DNA from: Candidatus Heimdallarchaeota archaeon
Lineage (GTDB): Archaea > Asgardarchaeota > Heimdallarchaeia > Heimdallarchaeales > Heimdallarchaeaceae
Assembly: GCA_016839945.1 (NCBI GenBank)
Contig: JAEOTE010000152.1
Coordinates: 1-12,910 of the forward strand
DNA length: 12,910 nucleotides
Direction of reading: 5' to 3'
Shown piece by piece: positions 1 to 7,816 of the stretch. The position numbers and the translations under genes are program-made. Under the pieces are notes generated by a model that was not told the DNA's origin, ran no database searches, and was given only the letters and a program-made list of their open reading frames with translations. Within the stretch, counting starts at the first letter, position 1. Each line of letters starts with the position of its first letter.

Positions 1-762
1 AACATAAATTGCTTTAAGACTACTATTTCTCTCTTTCCAAAAAGATGGTCTGAGAAATGAGGGTATACCTAATCTTATTTTTCCAGTTGTTTTTAATACT
101 TCTTTAAGTGCAATCCAGAGTTCTTTCAAACTCATTTTTGCTTTACCAGTTTTTGGATCTATGACCATGAAGTTGAATGCAAGAAATGCGAGGAAAGATA
201 AACCACCAAGTAAGAAGAAAGTTACTCGGAAAGCTGAAACATCAGTATTAACCATTAGTTTTGAAAGAGAGAATAATCCACTTCCTAGGCATGGCCCAAT
301 AGCCCAACCTAGAGTTTGTGATAAAATAAACCAGCCTAGATTTCTTCCTTTCTTATCTTCTTCTGAAATATCTACGATAGCTGATTCTGCGACAGGCCAT
401 ACTAAAGCTGATGCTATACCTTGGAAAAATCTAACCAAGAATAATGACCAAAAAGCTTGAGCTAAACCAAAACCAAATGTAAGAAAAACATACATTGCCA
501 ATCCAACGACTATAACAGGTTTCCTACCTGCAACATCACTCATCTTTCCATAAACTGGTGCAAGAAAAGCTCGAGAAATCATCATTGCTGATGTTAATAA
601 TCCAATCTGTGTGGTAACATTGATTACCATGAATCCCCAATCAAAATCAAAGAAAAAGAGATCAGCATAGATTGCCATAAATGGGAGTATAGCACCCCAA
701 CCTAGGTTAACTATGAAACTAGAAAGCATTAATCCTAGTAGTGTTTGTCTCTCTTTCTGCAT
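1..762 (-). CDS. Major facilitator superfamily (DHA1-like) transporter, 3' part runs off the left edge
   Basis: Not in the ORF track. Manual translation from ATG at 762 (in-frame GTG at 765) gives MQKERQTLLGLMLSSFIVNLGWGAILPFMAIYA...APVYGKMSDVAGRKPVIVVG (MFS motif A)...LFLVRFFQGIASA (motif B)...KGRNLGWFILSQTLGWAIGPCLG (motif C-like), with several hydrophobic helices. Confidence 0.92.
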   Translation of the reverse strand, partial: MQKERQTLLGLMLSSFIVNLGWGAILPFMAIYADLFFFDFDWGFMVINVTTQIGLLTSAMMISRAFLAPVYGKMSDVAGRKPVIVVGLAMYVFLTFGFGLAQAFWSLFLVRFFQGIASALVWPVAESAIVDISEEDKKGRNLGWFILSQTLGWAIGPCLGSGLFSLSKLMVNTDVSAFRVTFFLLGGLSFLAFLAFNFMVIDPKTGKAKMSLKELWIALKEVLKTTGKIRLGIPSFLRPSFWKERNSSLKAIYV

Positions 763-887
763 CACTTTTTCCTTTAAAATTTTGTTTAAAAATATGTTTA
801 TCCTTTCACATTTAGTTTAATACTTGAAGAACTGACAGTTTTCTTCCTAATCCTAACATTTTTTTATGAATGTCGAAAAGGAATCTT

Positions 888-2183
888 ATGCCCGAACAAT
901 CCTATATTTACGCAAAAGAAGTTAAACCCTCAGAAGTCACAGTAAAACTTCGAGGGTGGGTTTACAGAATACGTAAAATGAAAGACAAGATATTTGTTAT
1001 TTTACGAGATGCTTCTGGACTAGTTCAGTGTATTGGTTCAGAGGATAAAATGAAGCCTGAAGCATGGAATGCTCTAAATGAAACAGCTATTGAGAATGCA
1101 ATTCATGTTGAAGGAATTCCAAAGGAGGATGCAAGGGCAATAAATAATGTAGAGATTCATCTAAGAAATTTCAAGCTTATTCACAAAGGAGAAATCTTCC
1201 CAATTGCTAAAGATAAGAGTAAGGAATTCATCCTAGACAACACACATCTGTTCCTGCGAAGTTATCAATCAACAAACATATGGAAAGTTAAAGCGAACGT
1301 TCTAAGAGGAGCAAGAGAGTGGTTCTTTGAGAATGGGTTCTATGAAACTACACCACCAATACTTACAGGTTCTGCTTGCGAAGGTGGAGCAACTTTATTC
1401 AAATTGAAATATTTCGGTGAAACAGCTTATCTCAGTCAAAGTGTTCAACTATATTTAGAAGCTCTAATTTACAGCTTAGAAAAAGTATATGCAGTAACTC
1501 CAAGCTTCAGAGCAGAGAAAATGAGAACAAAACGACATATCAACGAGTTTTGGCATATTGAAGGTGAAGAAGCTTTTGTAGACTTTGAAGGGAACATGAA
1601 AATCCAAGAGGAATTAGTTGAATACATCGTTCATTTTGTTCTAGAGAATAATCGAAAAGAACTCCTAGAGATGGAAAGAGATATCTCAATTCTAGAATCA
1701 GTCAAAACTCCGTTTAAGAAAATAACTTACAAAGAAGCTATTGACACTCTAAATGAAAATGGATTCAATCTAAAATGGGATGATGACATAAAAACTGAAG
1801 AAGAAAGAAAATTATCTGAAATAATTGGTGAAGCTTTCTTTGTAACAATGTATCCATCACATCATAAACCATTCTATGTAAAGATAAATGAAGATGATCC
1901 AAAATGGTGTTATTCAGCTGACTTGATGGCTCCAGAGGGATTTGGAGAATTGATAACAGGTGGACAGAGAGAAGATGTTTTAGACACACTTGTGAGAAGA
2001 ATCAAAGAAGAAGGTTGGGAGACTAAGGATTATGAATGGTATATTGATTTAAGAAAATATGGATCAGTCTATCATTCAGGATTTGGTTTAGGTGCTGAAA
2101 GATTGACATGGTGGATATGTGGATTGGATGCTATTCAAGAAACTCTACCCTTTCCACGAACACGTAATAGAATTTACCCATAA
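888..2183 (+). CDS. asnS: Asparagine--tRNA ligase (class IIb, archaeal type)
   Basis: OB-fold N-terminus (LRGWVYRIR...ILRDASGLVQC), YLSQSVQLYLE, motif 2 FRAEKMRTKRHINEFWHIE, motif 3 WYIDLRKYGSVYHSGFGLGAERL, C-terminal PFPR. The ORF track starts at 870. ATG 888 is preferred because AAAGGA lies at 877-882 and 870 directly abuts a TATA-like run. Confidence 0.9.
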   Translation: MPEQSYIYAKEVKPSEVTVKLRGWVYRIRKMKDKIFVILRDASGLVQCIGSEDKMKPEAWNALNETAIENAIHVEGIPKEDARAINNVEIHLRNFKLIHKGEIFPIAKDKSKEFILDNTHLFLRSYQSTNIWKVKANVLRGAREWFFENGFYETTPPILTGSACEGGATLFKLKYFGETAYLSQSVQLYLEALIYSLEKVYAVTPSFRAEKMRTKRHINEFWHIEGEEAFVDFEGNMKIQEELVEYIVHFVLENNRKELLEMERDISILESVKTPFKKITYKEAIDTLNENGFNLKWDDDIKTEEERKLSEIIGEAFFVTMYPSHHKPFYVKINEDDPKWCYSADLMAPEGFGELITGGQREDVLDTLVRRIKEEGWETKDYEWYIDLRKYGSVYHSGFGLGAERLTWWICGLDAIQETLPFPRTRNRIYP

Positions 2184-2188
2184 CAACA

Positions 2189-2845
2189 TCAATTTTTTTT
2201 CTTTTTCTTAAAATTCAGTTGATACGAAAACCAATTACCAAATTCTTCAGATAATTCAAAACCGGCTTCTTTGGCCCATTTTTTCTCAGTTCTGCGTAGA
2301 GGATAATCAGGATCAATAAATAACTCACAGAGAGAGATTATTCCATTTGGTTTTATTATTCTTTTGAATTCTTTCAATGCCTTTACTGGTTCAGGGATTT
2401 CAGGTAAACAGGTTATAGCAAATATCACATCCACTGATTCATCTTCAAAAGAAAGGTTGTAAACATCATCAAGTTTTGGGATAACATTGTTAATTCCTTC
2501 TTTATGCAATCGCTTTTCCAATCTATTTAACACTTGTATTTGTATATCGATAGCATAAACTTTCCCATCAGGCAATATCTGATTTGCTACTGCAAAAGTA
2601 TAACTCCCTTTTCCAGGACCAATTTCTACGATTATATCACCAGGTTTTGCACCCATATTAGTAGCAATTTCCTCAGGATTTTGCCAGTATTTTCTTCTAA
2701 TAGGATGATCTATTAGATTTGTAGCAAATGGAGGGATAGGAAAGGGGTATATTCTTCTAATCAGTTTAACTACTGTGAGAACAAGAAATAACCAAACTAT
2801 TGGAATTCCAATAATAACTATAAAAACAATCAAAGCTGGATGCAT
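2189..2845 (-). CDS. Class I SAM-dependent methyltransferase (UbiE/Methyltransf_11-like) with N-terminal membrane anchor
   Basis: SAM motif I VEIGPGKG, VYAIDIQ, LSFEDESVDVIF, EFKRIIKPNG; hydrophobic N-terminus LIVFIVIIGIPIVWLFLVLTVV. The ORF track starts at GTG 2860. ATG 2845 is preferred because TTTTTATAT (2875-2867, minus) lies about 22 nt upstream. Substrate unknown. Confidence 0.85.
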   Translation of the reverse strand: MHPALIVFIVIIGIPIVWLFLVLTVVKLIRRIYPFPIPPFATNLIDHPIRRKYWQNPEEIATNMGAKPGDIIVEIGPGKGSYTFAVANQILPDGKVYAIDIQIQVLNRLEKRLHKEGINNVIPKLDDVYNLSFEDESVDVIFAITCLPEIPEPVKALKEFKRIIKPNGIISLCELFIDPDYPLRRTEKKWAKEAGFELSEEFGNWFSYQLNFKKKKKN

Positions 2846-2963
2846 TGAAAGTAAAGACACAAACGAATATAAAAATATTTTAGATTTTTACAGGTTCTTA
2901 TCAAGTAATTGATTTAATTATGTATATAAATGCATATAACCAATTCTTTACTGAGAGCAAGAA

Positions 2964-3470
2964 ATGACTTATGGATTTGAGATAGTTAAAGATGGGATTT
3001 TCAAAAGAACATACACAGTTTATGATTTAGCAAATAATTCAATAAGTTTTAAAGCTGAAATTATTGGAACTTTTAAACCAAAGATTATTGTATTTACCTA
3101 TGAGGGAGTAGAGGAATTGCAATGTACAAAAATTGGAGGTTGGAGAGAAAATTGGAAAGTTTCTAAGAAAGGATTAGTTATTTCTGAATTTAAACAAGGC
3201 GGAGGGTTATGTAGTGGAGAATATATACTTAGAACAGGTTATCAGACATATTTAGCTCCTAGAACAATTGGTTCTTTTTTTGAATTTCAAGATGATATAG
3301 GTAAGATAAAATTTAGTGTCAATAGAAGAAGCTTTAGTGGAAAGTGTATTATTGAAGTATCAGAATCTTTTGAACCTTTAGTTGCTATAAGTGTTGGGCT
3401 TATACTGAATTTGATAATTGAACAACAAGCAGCAGTAGTTGTATCAACTGCAGCTATTGGTAGTGTATAA
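2964..3470 (+). CDS. LURP-one/Tubby C-terminal-like (scramblase-fold) protein, divergent copy
   Basis: Alternating beta-strand pattern ending in a hydrophobic helix (FEPLVAISVGLILNLII). Aligns by eye with 5247..5747: YGFEI/FGFKI, TYTVYD/TYDIMD, GKIKFSVNRRSF/GQIGFLLDKKVF, FEPLV/LEPIF. Confidence 0.6.
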   Translation: MTYGFEIVKDGIFKRTYTVYDLANNSISFKAEIIGTFKPKIIVFTYEGVEELQCTKIGGWRENWKVSKKGLVISEFKQGGGLCSGEYILRTGYQTYLAPRTIGSFFEFQDDIGKIKFSVNRRSFSGKCIIEVSESFEPLVAISVGLILNLIIEQQAAVVVSTAAIGSV

Positions 3471-3495
3471 TATTAAAAAAAGAAAGGAATAGATT
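3468..3495 (-). repeat. Left copy of a 28-bp imperfect inverted repeat (partner 5748..5775)
   Basis: Minus strand AATCTATTCCTTTCTTTTTTTAATATTA versus plus strand 5748..5775 AATCTATTCCTTCATTTTTTTATTATTA: 25/28 identical. Confidence 0.7.
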
Positions 3496-3513
3496 GTTGA
3501 ATCTATTGTTTTT
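3475..3513. terminator. Probable bidirectional terminator: 8-bp hairpin flanked by T-runs on both strands
   Basis: AATAGATT (3488-3495) GTTG AATCTATT (3500-3507) is a perfect inverted repeat. A7 at 3475-3481 gives T7 on the minus strand after mtd, and T5 at 3509-3513 lies on the plus strand. The site is between convergent genes. Confidence 0.6.
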
Positions 3514-4336
3514 CATGTGCTTTATCGAAGAAATGAGTTTTGTGTAAAACTTTGCCTTCTTTATTATGCGGAGTTTTAACTAAATGACCTGTTGCTTTTT
3601 CTATTTCTCTAACTTCATCAGCTAGTAAACCAGCTTGTCTAACTAATTCATGAGCTGCAGCTACTTTTGTTAGAGCTTTTTCTCTATCCTTTTCAACAAA
3701 ACAACCGTTTACATTCAATTTTCCTGCTTCTGTTAAGATATTTAATGCAGCCATTGCTTTTGCTCTGGAGTACTCGTTTGAAAATTGAAAACTTGTTACT
3801 ACACCAATACTTGACATATTTCTTGTTGGTGAAGTTGGTTTATCTCCTGCTTTTAGTTGGTCAATTACACCATCTAGAAGATTAGTGATATATGAAAAAA
3901 CTCCACATGCACTGAAAGCTGTAATGATATAACCATTGAAAAGACACATTTCAGTAGGATCGAGGAAATCAAGTTTAGCTCCAATCATAGGATCAAATGA
4001 GCAGATTATATATCCTACACCTTCTTCTTTCCATTTTTCTCTTAGCTCTTTATCAGCACCATCTGAAACAACAATCACAGGATACTTCTCTTTGTATTTG
4101 TCAATAACAGCTTGTGGTCCTTTATCATTTGCATTGGGTGATATCATCACCATAAGGTCTGTTTCTACTTGATCAATCAAAGGAAAAAGTCTTTCAGCTG
4201 CTTCAGGTTTCATTTTGGTTGAAGAACTAATAACAGTTGAATCAATATCTGTTCTACTAGCTCTCTCATCTAACATTATATCTATAAGAGTTGTTAGAGT
4301 GATATTACCTATTTTCACGAAAGTAATTTTAACCAT
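3503..4336 (-). CDS. mtd: F420-dependent methylenetetrahydromethanopterin dehydrogenase
   Basis: MVKITFVKIGN...DIMLDERASRTDI...SSSTKMKPE, ISPNA..GP, DPMIGA...FLDPTEMCLFN, FSNEYSRAKAMAA, GCFVEKD, VAAAHELVRQAGLLADEVREIEK, TPH..GK follow the Mtd family pattern over the full length (277 aa from ATG 4336). The TTG at 4351 in the ORF track is probably an extension. Confidence 0.93.
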   Translation of the reverse strand: MVKITFVKIGNITLTTLIDIMLDERASRTDIDSTVISSSTKMKPEAAERLFPLIDQVETDLMVMISPNANDKGPQAVIDKYKEKYPVIVVSDGADKELREKWKEEGVGYIICSFDPMIGAKLDFLDPTEMCLFNGYIITAFSACGVFSYITNLLDGVIDQLKAGDKPTSPTRNMSSIGVVTSFQFSNEYSRAKAMAALNILTEAGKLNVNGCFVEKDREKALTKVAAAHELVRQAGLLADEVREIEKATGHLVKTPHNKEGKVLHKTHFFDKAHEKQ

Positions 4337-4470
4337 AGTAATCAGAAACAAATAATTTTGTACCCTTTATTAATCTCTTGGTTTTTGTATAATTGAAGAG
4401 GATAGAAAAGAATTGTATAAAATTAACGAATAGTAATATTTTAGAACAAGAATAATAAAGAAGTATTAGA

Positions 4471-5193
4471 ATGAAGAGAGATCCACTGATTATCGGAACA
4501 GCATCGGTACTAGTTATAGCGTTTACGTTATCTCTGCTAAATATCTATGTTTTTCCAAATATTTTCTATAACATTGATGTTTATAGAAATACTGATAATC
4601 AAACACAGTTGGATTTACTCTACGGTGTTGAAAGAATCAATCTTAATTCTTCAATTTTTGAAGATACTAATTCTTCTTTGATTTTAACCTCGTATCCTGA
4701 GTATCAAATCATGAATGTTAGTTTGATGATTGATTATACATCTCTACATTTATCAGCAGCTTATGATTATCTAACAGCTAATGCACCCAAAAGAATAAGA
4801 TTCAAGTATAATGGGACAATAGTTGGAGCAGCTAATAATTCAGACATTTATGAAAATTGGATAAGAGATGAGTTTGATAATGGTGGAATTGGTAAATACT
4901 TCTGTTTTATGAACTCATCATTACAATACGAAATATATTCCAATTTTGCTGGAGTTGGTTTAGCATCTTATTCTGAAACCAATATTATAAGTAACTTAGA
5001 AGACATTTTCGCAAATCCAGACAGAAGACCTGATTTTGTAATTTATCAAAAAATCACTTACTTCGAAAGTAGAGGATTCTTATCTGAATTTTCTACAGAA
5101 TTTGAACGAATCGTTTTTGTAAATATTTTTGGTGATATCATTTTCTTCTTGTCTAATGAAGGGATATGGATGGAACCTCTTTTTCTTAGTTAG
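4471..5193 (+). CDS. Hypothetical membrane-anchored/exported protein
   Basis: 240-aa ORF with an N-terminal hydrophobic helix (LIIGTASVLVIAFTLSLLNIYVF) and several N-x-S/T sequons (NQT, NSS, NVS, NGT, NNS). No family recognised. Confidence 0.7.
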   Translation: MKRDPLIIGTASVLVIAFTLSLLNIYVFPNIFYNIDVYRNTDNQTQLDLLYGVERINLNSSIFEDTNSSLILTSYPEYQIMNVSLMIDYTSLHLSAAYDYLTANAPKRIRFKYNGTIVGAANNSDIYENWIRDEFDNGGIGKYFCFMNSSLQYEIYSNFAGVGLASYSETNIISNLEDIFANPDRRPDFVIYQKITYFESRGFLSEFSTEFERIVFVNIFGDIIFFLSNEGIWMEPLFLS

Positions 5194-5217
5194 AACATGA
5201 TTTCCTTTTTCATAACC

Positions 5218-5224
5218 TTTAAAT
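5218..5224 (+). promoter_or_regulatory. Putative archaeal TATA box for the 5247 gene
   Basis: TTTAAAT ending about 22 nt before the ATG, a spacing consistent with a leaderless or short-leader transcript. Confidence 0.45.
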
Positions 5225-5246
5225 CACTACATTTTCGATTTTACTT

Positions 5247-5747
5247 ATGGCACAATCAAGTCAACCTTTTGGTTTTAAAATAAGACAAAGAATTTTTGCA
5301 TTTGGTGCAACTTATGATATTATGGACGAAGCAACAGGTGAACAAATATTTGCTGCAAAGAAGAAAATATTCACAATATTGCCTAGACTGTGGATAAGGA
5401 ATATGCAAGGAAAAGAATTGATTACTATCAAATCTAATTTCTTTAGAACTAGATGGAACATTTATCAAGGAAATAACTTAGTTGGAGCAGTAAAGTTCCC
5501 ACTCATCAAATTTTGTGGTATTAAATTTGATGTGGAACTAGCAGGGAATGAATACACCGCATCAGACATTTTGGGTTGGTCATTTACTGTTAAAGATAGA
5601 AGCGGTCAAATCGGATTTTTATTAGATAAGAAAGTTTTCAGAATAAAAGACACATATAAGGTAGTGGTCTACCCTCCTTTGGAACCTATTTTTGGTTTAG
5701 CTGCTGCTCTTGCAATAGATGTTAAATTTTACCAAGGAAATAGATAA
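5247..5747 (+). CDS. LURP-one-related / YxjI-like (Tubby C-terminal/scramblase fold) protein
   Basis: FKIRQRIFAFGATYDIMDE.GEQIF, GKELITIK, GWSFTVKD, KKVFRIKDTYKVVV and the C-terminal hydrophobic helix ending LAAALAID are typical of prokaryotic LURP-one proteins. Confidence 0.8.
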   Translation: MAQSSQPFGFKIRQRIFAFGATYDIMDEATGEQIFAAKKKIFTILPRLWIRNMQGKELITIKSNFFRTRWNIYQGNNLVGAVKFPLIKFCGIKFDVELAGNEYTASDILGWSFTVKDRSGQIGFLLDKKVFRIKDTYKVVVYPPLEPIFGLAAALAIDVKFYQGNR

Positions 5748-5768
5748 AATCTATTCCTTCATTTTTTT
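5734..5768 (+). terminator. Hairpin plus T7 terminator overlapping the stop codon of the 5247 gene
   Basis: AAGGAAATAGAT-AAA-ATCTATTCCTT (one-base bulge) followed by CA and T7 (5762-5768). Confidence 0.6.
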
Positions 5769-5775
5769 ATTATTA
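5748..5775 (+). repeat. Right copy of a 28-bp imperfect inverted repeat (partner 3468..3495)
   Basis: Same comparison as the left copy; the first 12 nt are identical. Confidence 0.7.
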
Positions 5776-5823
5776 ATTGCTGTTTCATAAAATTTTAAAG
5801 TAACCTTGTTTTTTGTTTCAGAG

Positions 5824-6696
5824 ATGACAAACGATTTAGATCAAGCACTTAAGGAAATGTCCGTATCTGAATTCGAAAAAAGAGCTACTGCAAAAGAATT
5901 AACTATGTCTGATAATGCCACTATAAAGGTCTTTCATTCAAAAGCTCCAGAAAAAACAAGAAATGGTTATACACTTGTTTTAATCCCAGGATGGGCAACA
6001 ATTGTTCCCTCTTGGGACAAATTTCTTATGGAAGCTGTAGATGATTTTGATGTTGTTTATTTTGAATCAAGGGAAAAAGAATCATGTAAATTATCAAAAG
6101 AATCAAAAGTTGGAATGGATCGAATGGCATATGATATAAAAGATTTAATAGATCAGCTGAAAATCGATGAAAAAAAGTTAGTTCTATTTGGATCCTGTTT
6201 AGGAGCAACAACCATTATTATAGGTTTATATAATGATTGGTACAATCCTTTCATGCCTGTTCTGGTTGCACCTCCTCCTCGTTTTGAAGTTCCTCCTGTA
6301 TTGAGACAGATGATACCTATTCTTCCAACATTTTTCTTTAAACCTGTTAAACCCATTCTTATATGGTGGGTTAAGAAGTTCAAAACTGAATCACCTAAAC
6401 AAGCTGCAAAGTACATCAGATCTATTGAAGAAGCAGATGTGAAGAGGTGGAAAAAAGTAGGATTACCACTGGCATTCAAAAGATTTTGGAAAATATTTCC
6501 TCATATAGATCATCATAACCTCTTAGTTGCTATGGAGGAGGATAAAATGCATGATGTGAAGATTACACAGAAAATAGCTAAGATGATGAAAAACTCAGTA
6601 TATGTGAATTTGAGTAATAATGAAAATACTCATGCTGCAATAATGGTTAAAACAATCAGAGAATATCTTCCTCAATTCATAGGAAAGAATAACTAA
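5824..6696 (+). CDS. Alpha/beta-fold hydrolase
   Basis: Oxyanion-loop segment LVLIPGW, YFESRE, nucleophile elbow LFGSCLGA, candidate acid (EEDKMH) and His (NENTH). The ORF track starts at TTG 5806. ATG 5824 is preferred because TTTTAAAG (5793-5800) lies about 23 nt upstream. Confidence 0.8.
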   Translation: MTNDLDQALKEMSVSEFEKRATAKELTMSDNATIKVFHSKAPEKTRNGYTLVLIPGWATIVPSWDKFLMEAVDDFDVVYFESREKESCKLSKESKVGMDRMAYDIKDLIDQLKIDEKKLVLFGSCLGATTIIIGLYNDWYNPFMPVLVAPPPRFEVPPVLRQMIPILPTFFFKPVKPILIWWVKKFKTESPKQAAKYIRSIEEADVKRWKKVGLPLAFKRFWKIFPHIDHHNLLVAMEEDKMHDVKITQKIAKMMKNSVYVNLSNNENTHAAIMVKTIREYLPQFIGKNN

Positions 6697-6710
6697 AATC
6701 AAACTTAAAA

Positions 6711-6717
6711 TTTAATA
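6711..6717 (+). promoter_or_regulatory. Putative TATA box for mtnA
   Basis: TTTAATA about 25 nt upstream of ATG 6743, preceded by an A-rich BRE-like stretch. Confidence 0.4.
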
Positions 6718-6742
6718 ACCACTAATTTCTCTCTTATCTGTT

Positions 6743-7810
6743 ATGAAGATAAAGCAACTTGGTCTAGAGGATGTAAGGTCTGTAGAGTGGATTGATGAAT
6801 CTAATAGTTTACAATTAATTGATCAAAGGCATATACCTTTCAGAATAAGTTTCATTCAAATGAATAATGTTGAAGAAGTATGTAAATCAATCAAAGAGAT
6901 GGTTGTAAGAGGAGCACCTGCAATAGGTGCAACAGCTGCTTTTGGAATAGTAATAGGAGTTAAAGAAATTGAAGATCTAGCCGAGAATGAGAAGAAAGAA
7001 AAATTAAACCAATCTTTGAAAGACCTTCTAGCAACTAGACCTACAGCTGTAGATTTGGGTAATTTCGCATTAGAAGCTTACAATACTGCTTTAAAGTCCA
7101 ATTTCTCTTTTGAAAAAACTTTGCAAAAAGCAAAGGATTTAGCTAACCACATGGTTGATGAATGCAAAACCATTGGTATGAAAGGAGCTGATTTAATTGC
7201 TGATGGAGATACAGTTTTAACTCACTGTAATGCAGGTCCTTTAGCAACCGTAGATTATGGTACAGCTTTAGCACCAATTTTTATTGCACATGAACAAGGA
7301 AAAAATGTGAATGTTATAGTAGATGAAACTAGACCAAGGTTACAAGGAGCAAAGATAACAGCATGGGAATTGGAACAAGAAGGAATTGAACACAAAATTA
7401 TACCTGATTCAGCAGCAGCATTTCTTATGTCAAAAAGAAAAGTTAACAAAGTGATTCTTGGAGCTGATAGATGTCTAAAGGATGGAACTATTTCGAATAA
7501 AATTGGTACACTCTCACTAGCAATCGCAGCTAGCTACCACGATATCCCCTTTTATTCAGCTTTCCCATGGTCAACAATCGATAAAGATTCTGAAAGTATA
7601 GAAAGCTTTGATATTGAATATAGAAATGAAGATGAAGTGAAATATGTTACAAGTTTTGAAGAAAAAATCTTGATTGCTAACCAAAACTCTGAAGCTTTGA
7701 ATCCAGCATTTGATATAACACCTTCGGAATTAATAACAGGTTATATAACAGCTAAAGGAGTTTTAACTAGTAATCAATTAAAAGAAGAAATAATAAAAAA
7801 AGAAAAATAA
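6743..7810 (+). CDS. mtnA: S-methyl-5-thioribose-1-phosphate isomerase
   Basis: LIDQR, MVVRGAPAIG, TRPTAVDL, catalytic-Cys motif LTHCNAGPLAT..YGTAL, DETRPRLQGAKITAWEL, GADR, NKIGT, NPAFDITP. Confidence 0.93.
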   Translation: MKIKQLGLEDVRSVEWIDESNSLQLIDQRHIPFRISFIQMNNVEEVCKSIKEMVVRGAPAIGATAAFGIVIGVKEIEDLAENEKKEKLNQSLKDLLATRPTAVDLGNFALEAYNTALKSNFSFEKTLQKAKDLANHMVDECKTIGMKGADLIADGDTVLTHCNAGPLATVDYGTALAPIFIAHEQGKNVNVIVDETRPRLQGAKITAWELEQEGIEHKIIPDSAAAFLMSKRKVNKVILGADRCLKDGTISNKIGTLSLAIAASYHDIPFYSAFPWSTIDKDSESIESFDIEYRNEDEVKYVTSFEEKILIANQNSEALNPAFDITPSELITGYITAKGVLTSNQLKEEIIKKEK

Positions 7811-7816
7811 AAAAGA

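Noticed and set aside
161-460. 99-aa plus-strand ORF
   Set aside because: Antisense shadow of the minus-strand MFS gene, which carries clear family motifs.
888-2183. Non-discriminating AspRS
   Set aside because: EFWHIE, DLMAPEGFGE and WYIDLRKYG fit AsnRS better.
3468-5775. IS element or transposon defined by the inverted repeats
   Set aside because: No transposase or recombinase, no evident target-site duplication, and the cargo includes a core metabolic gene.
6743-7810. eIF2B subunit or ribose-1,5-bisphosphate isomerase
   Set aside because: LIDQR, RGAPAIG, HCNAGxLAT and ETRPxLQGAxxTAWEL are MtnA-type signatures.
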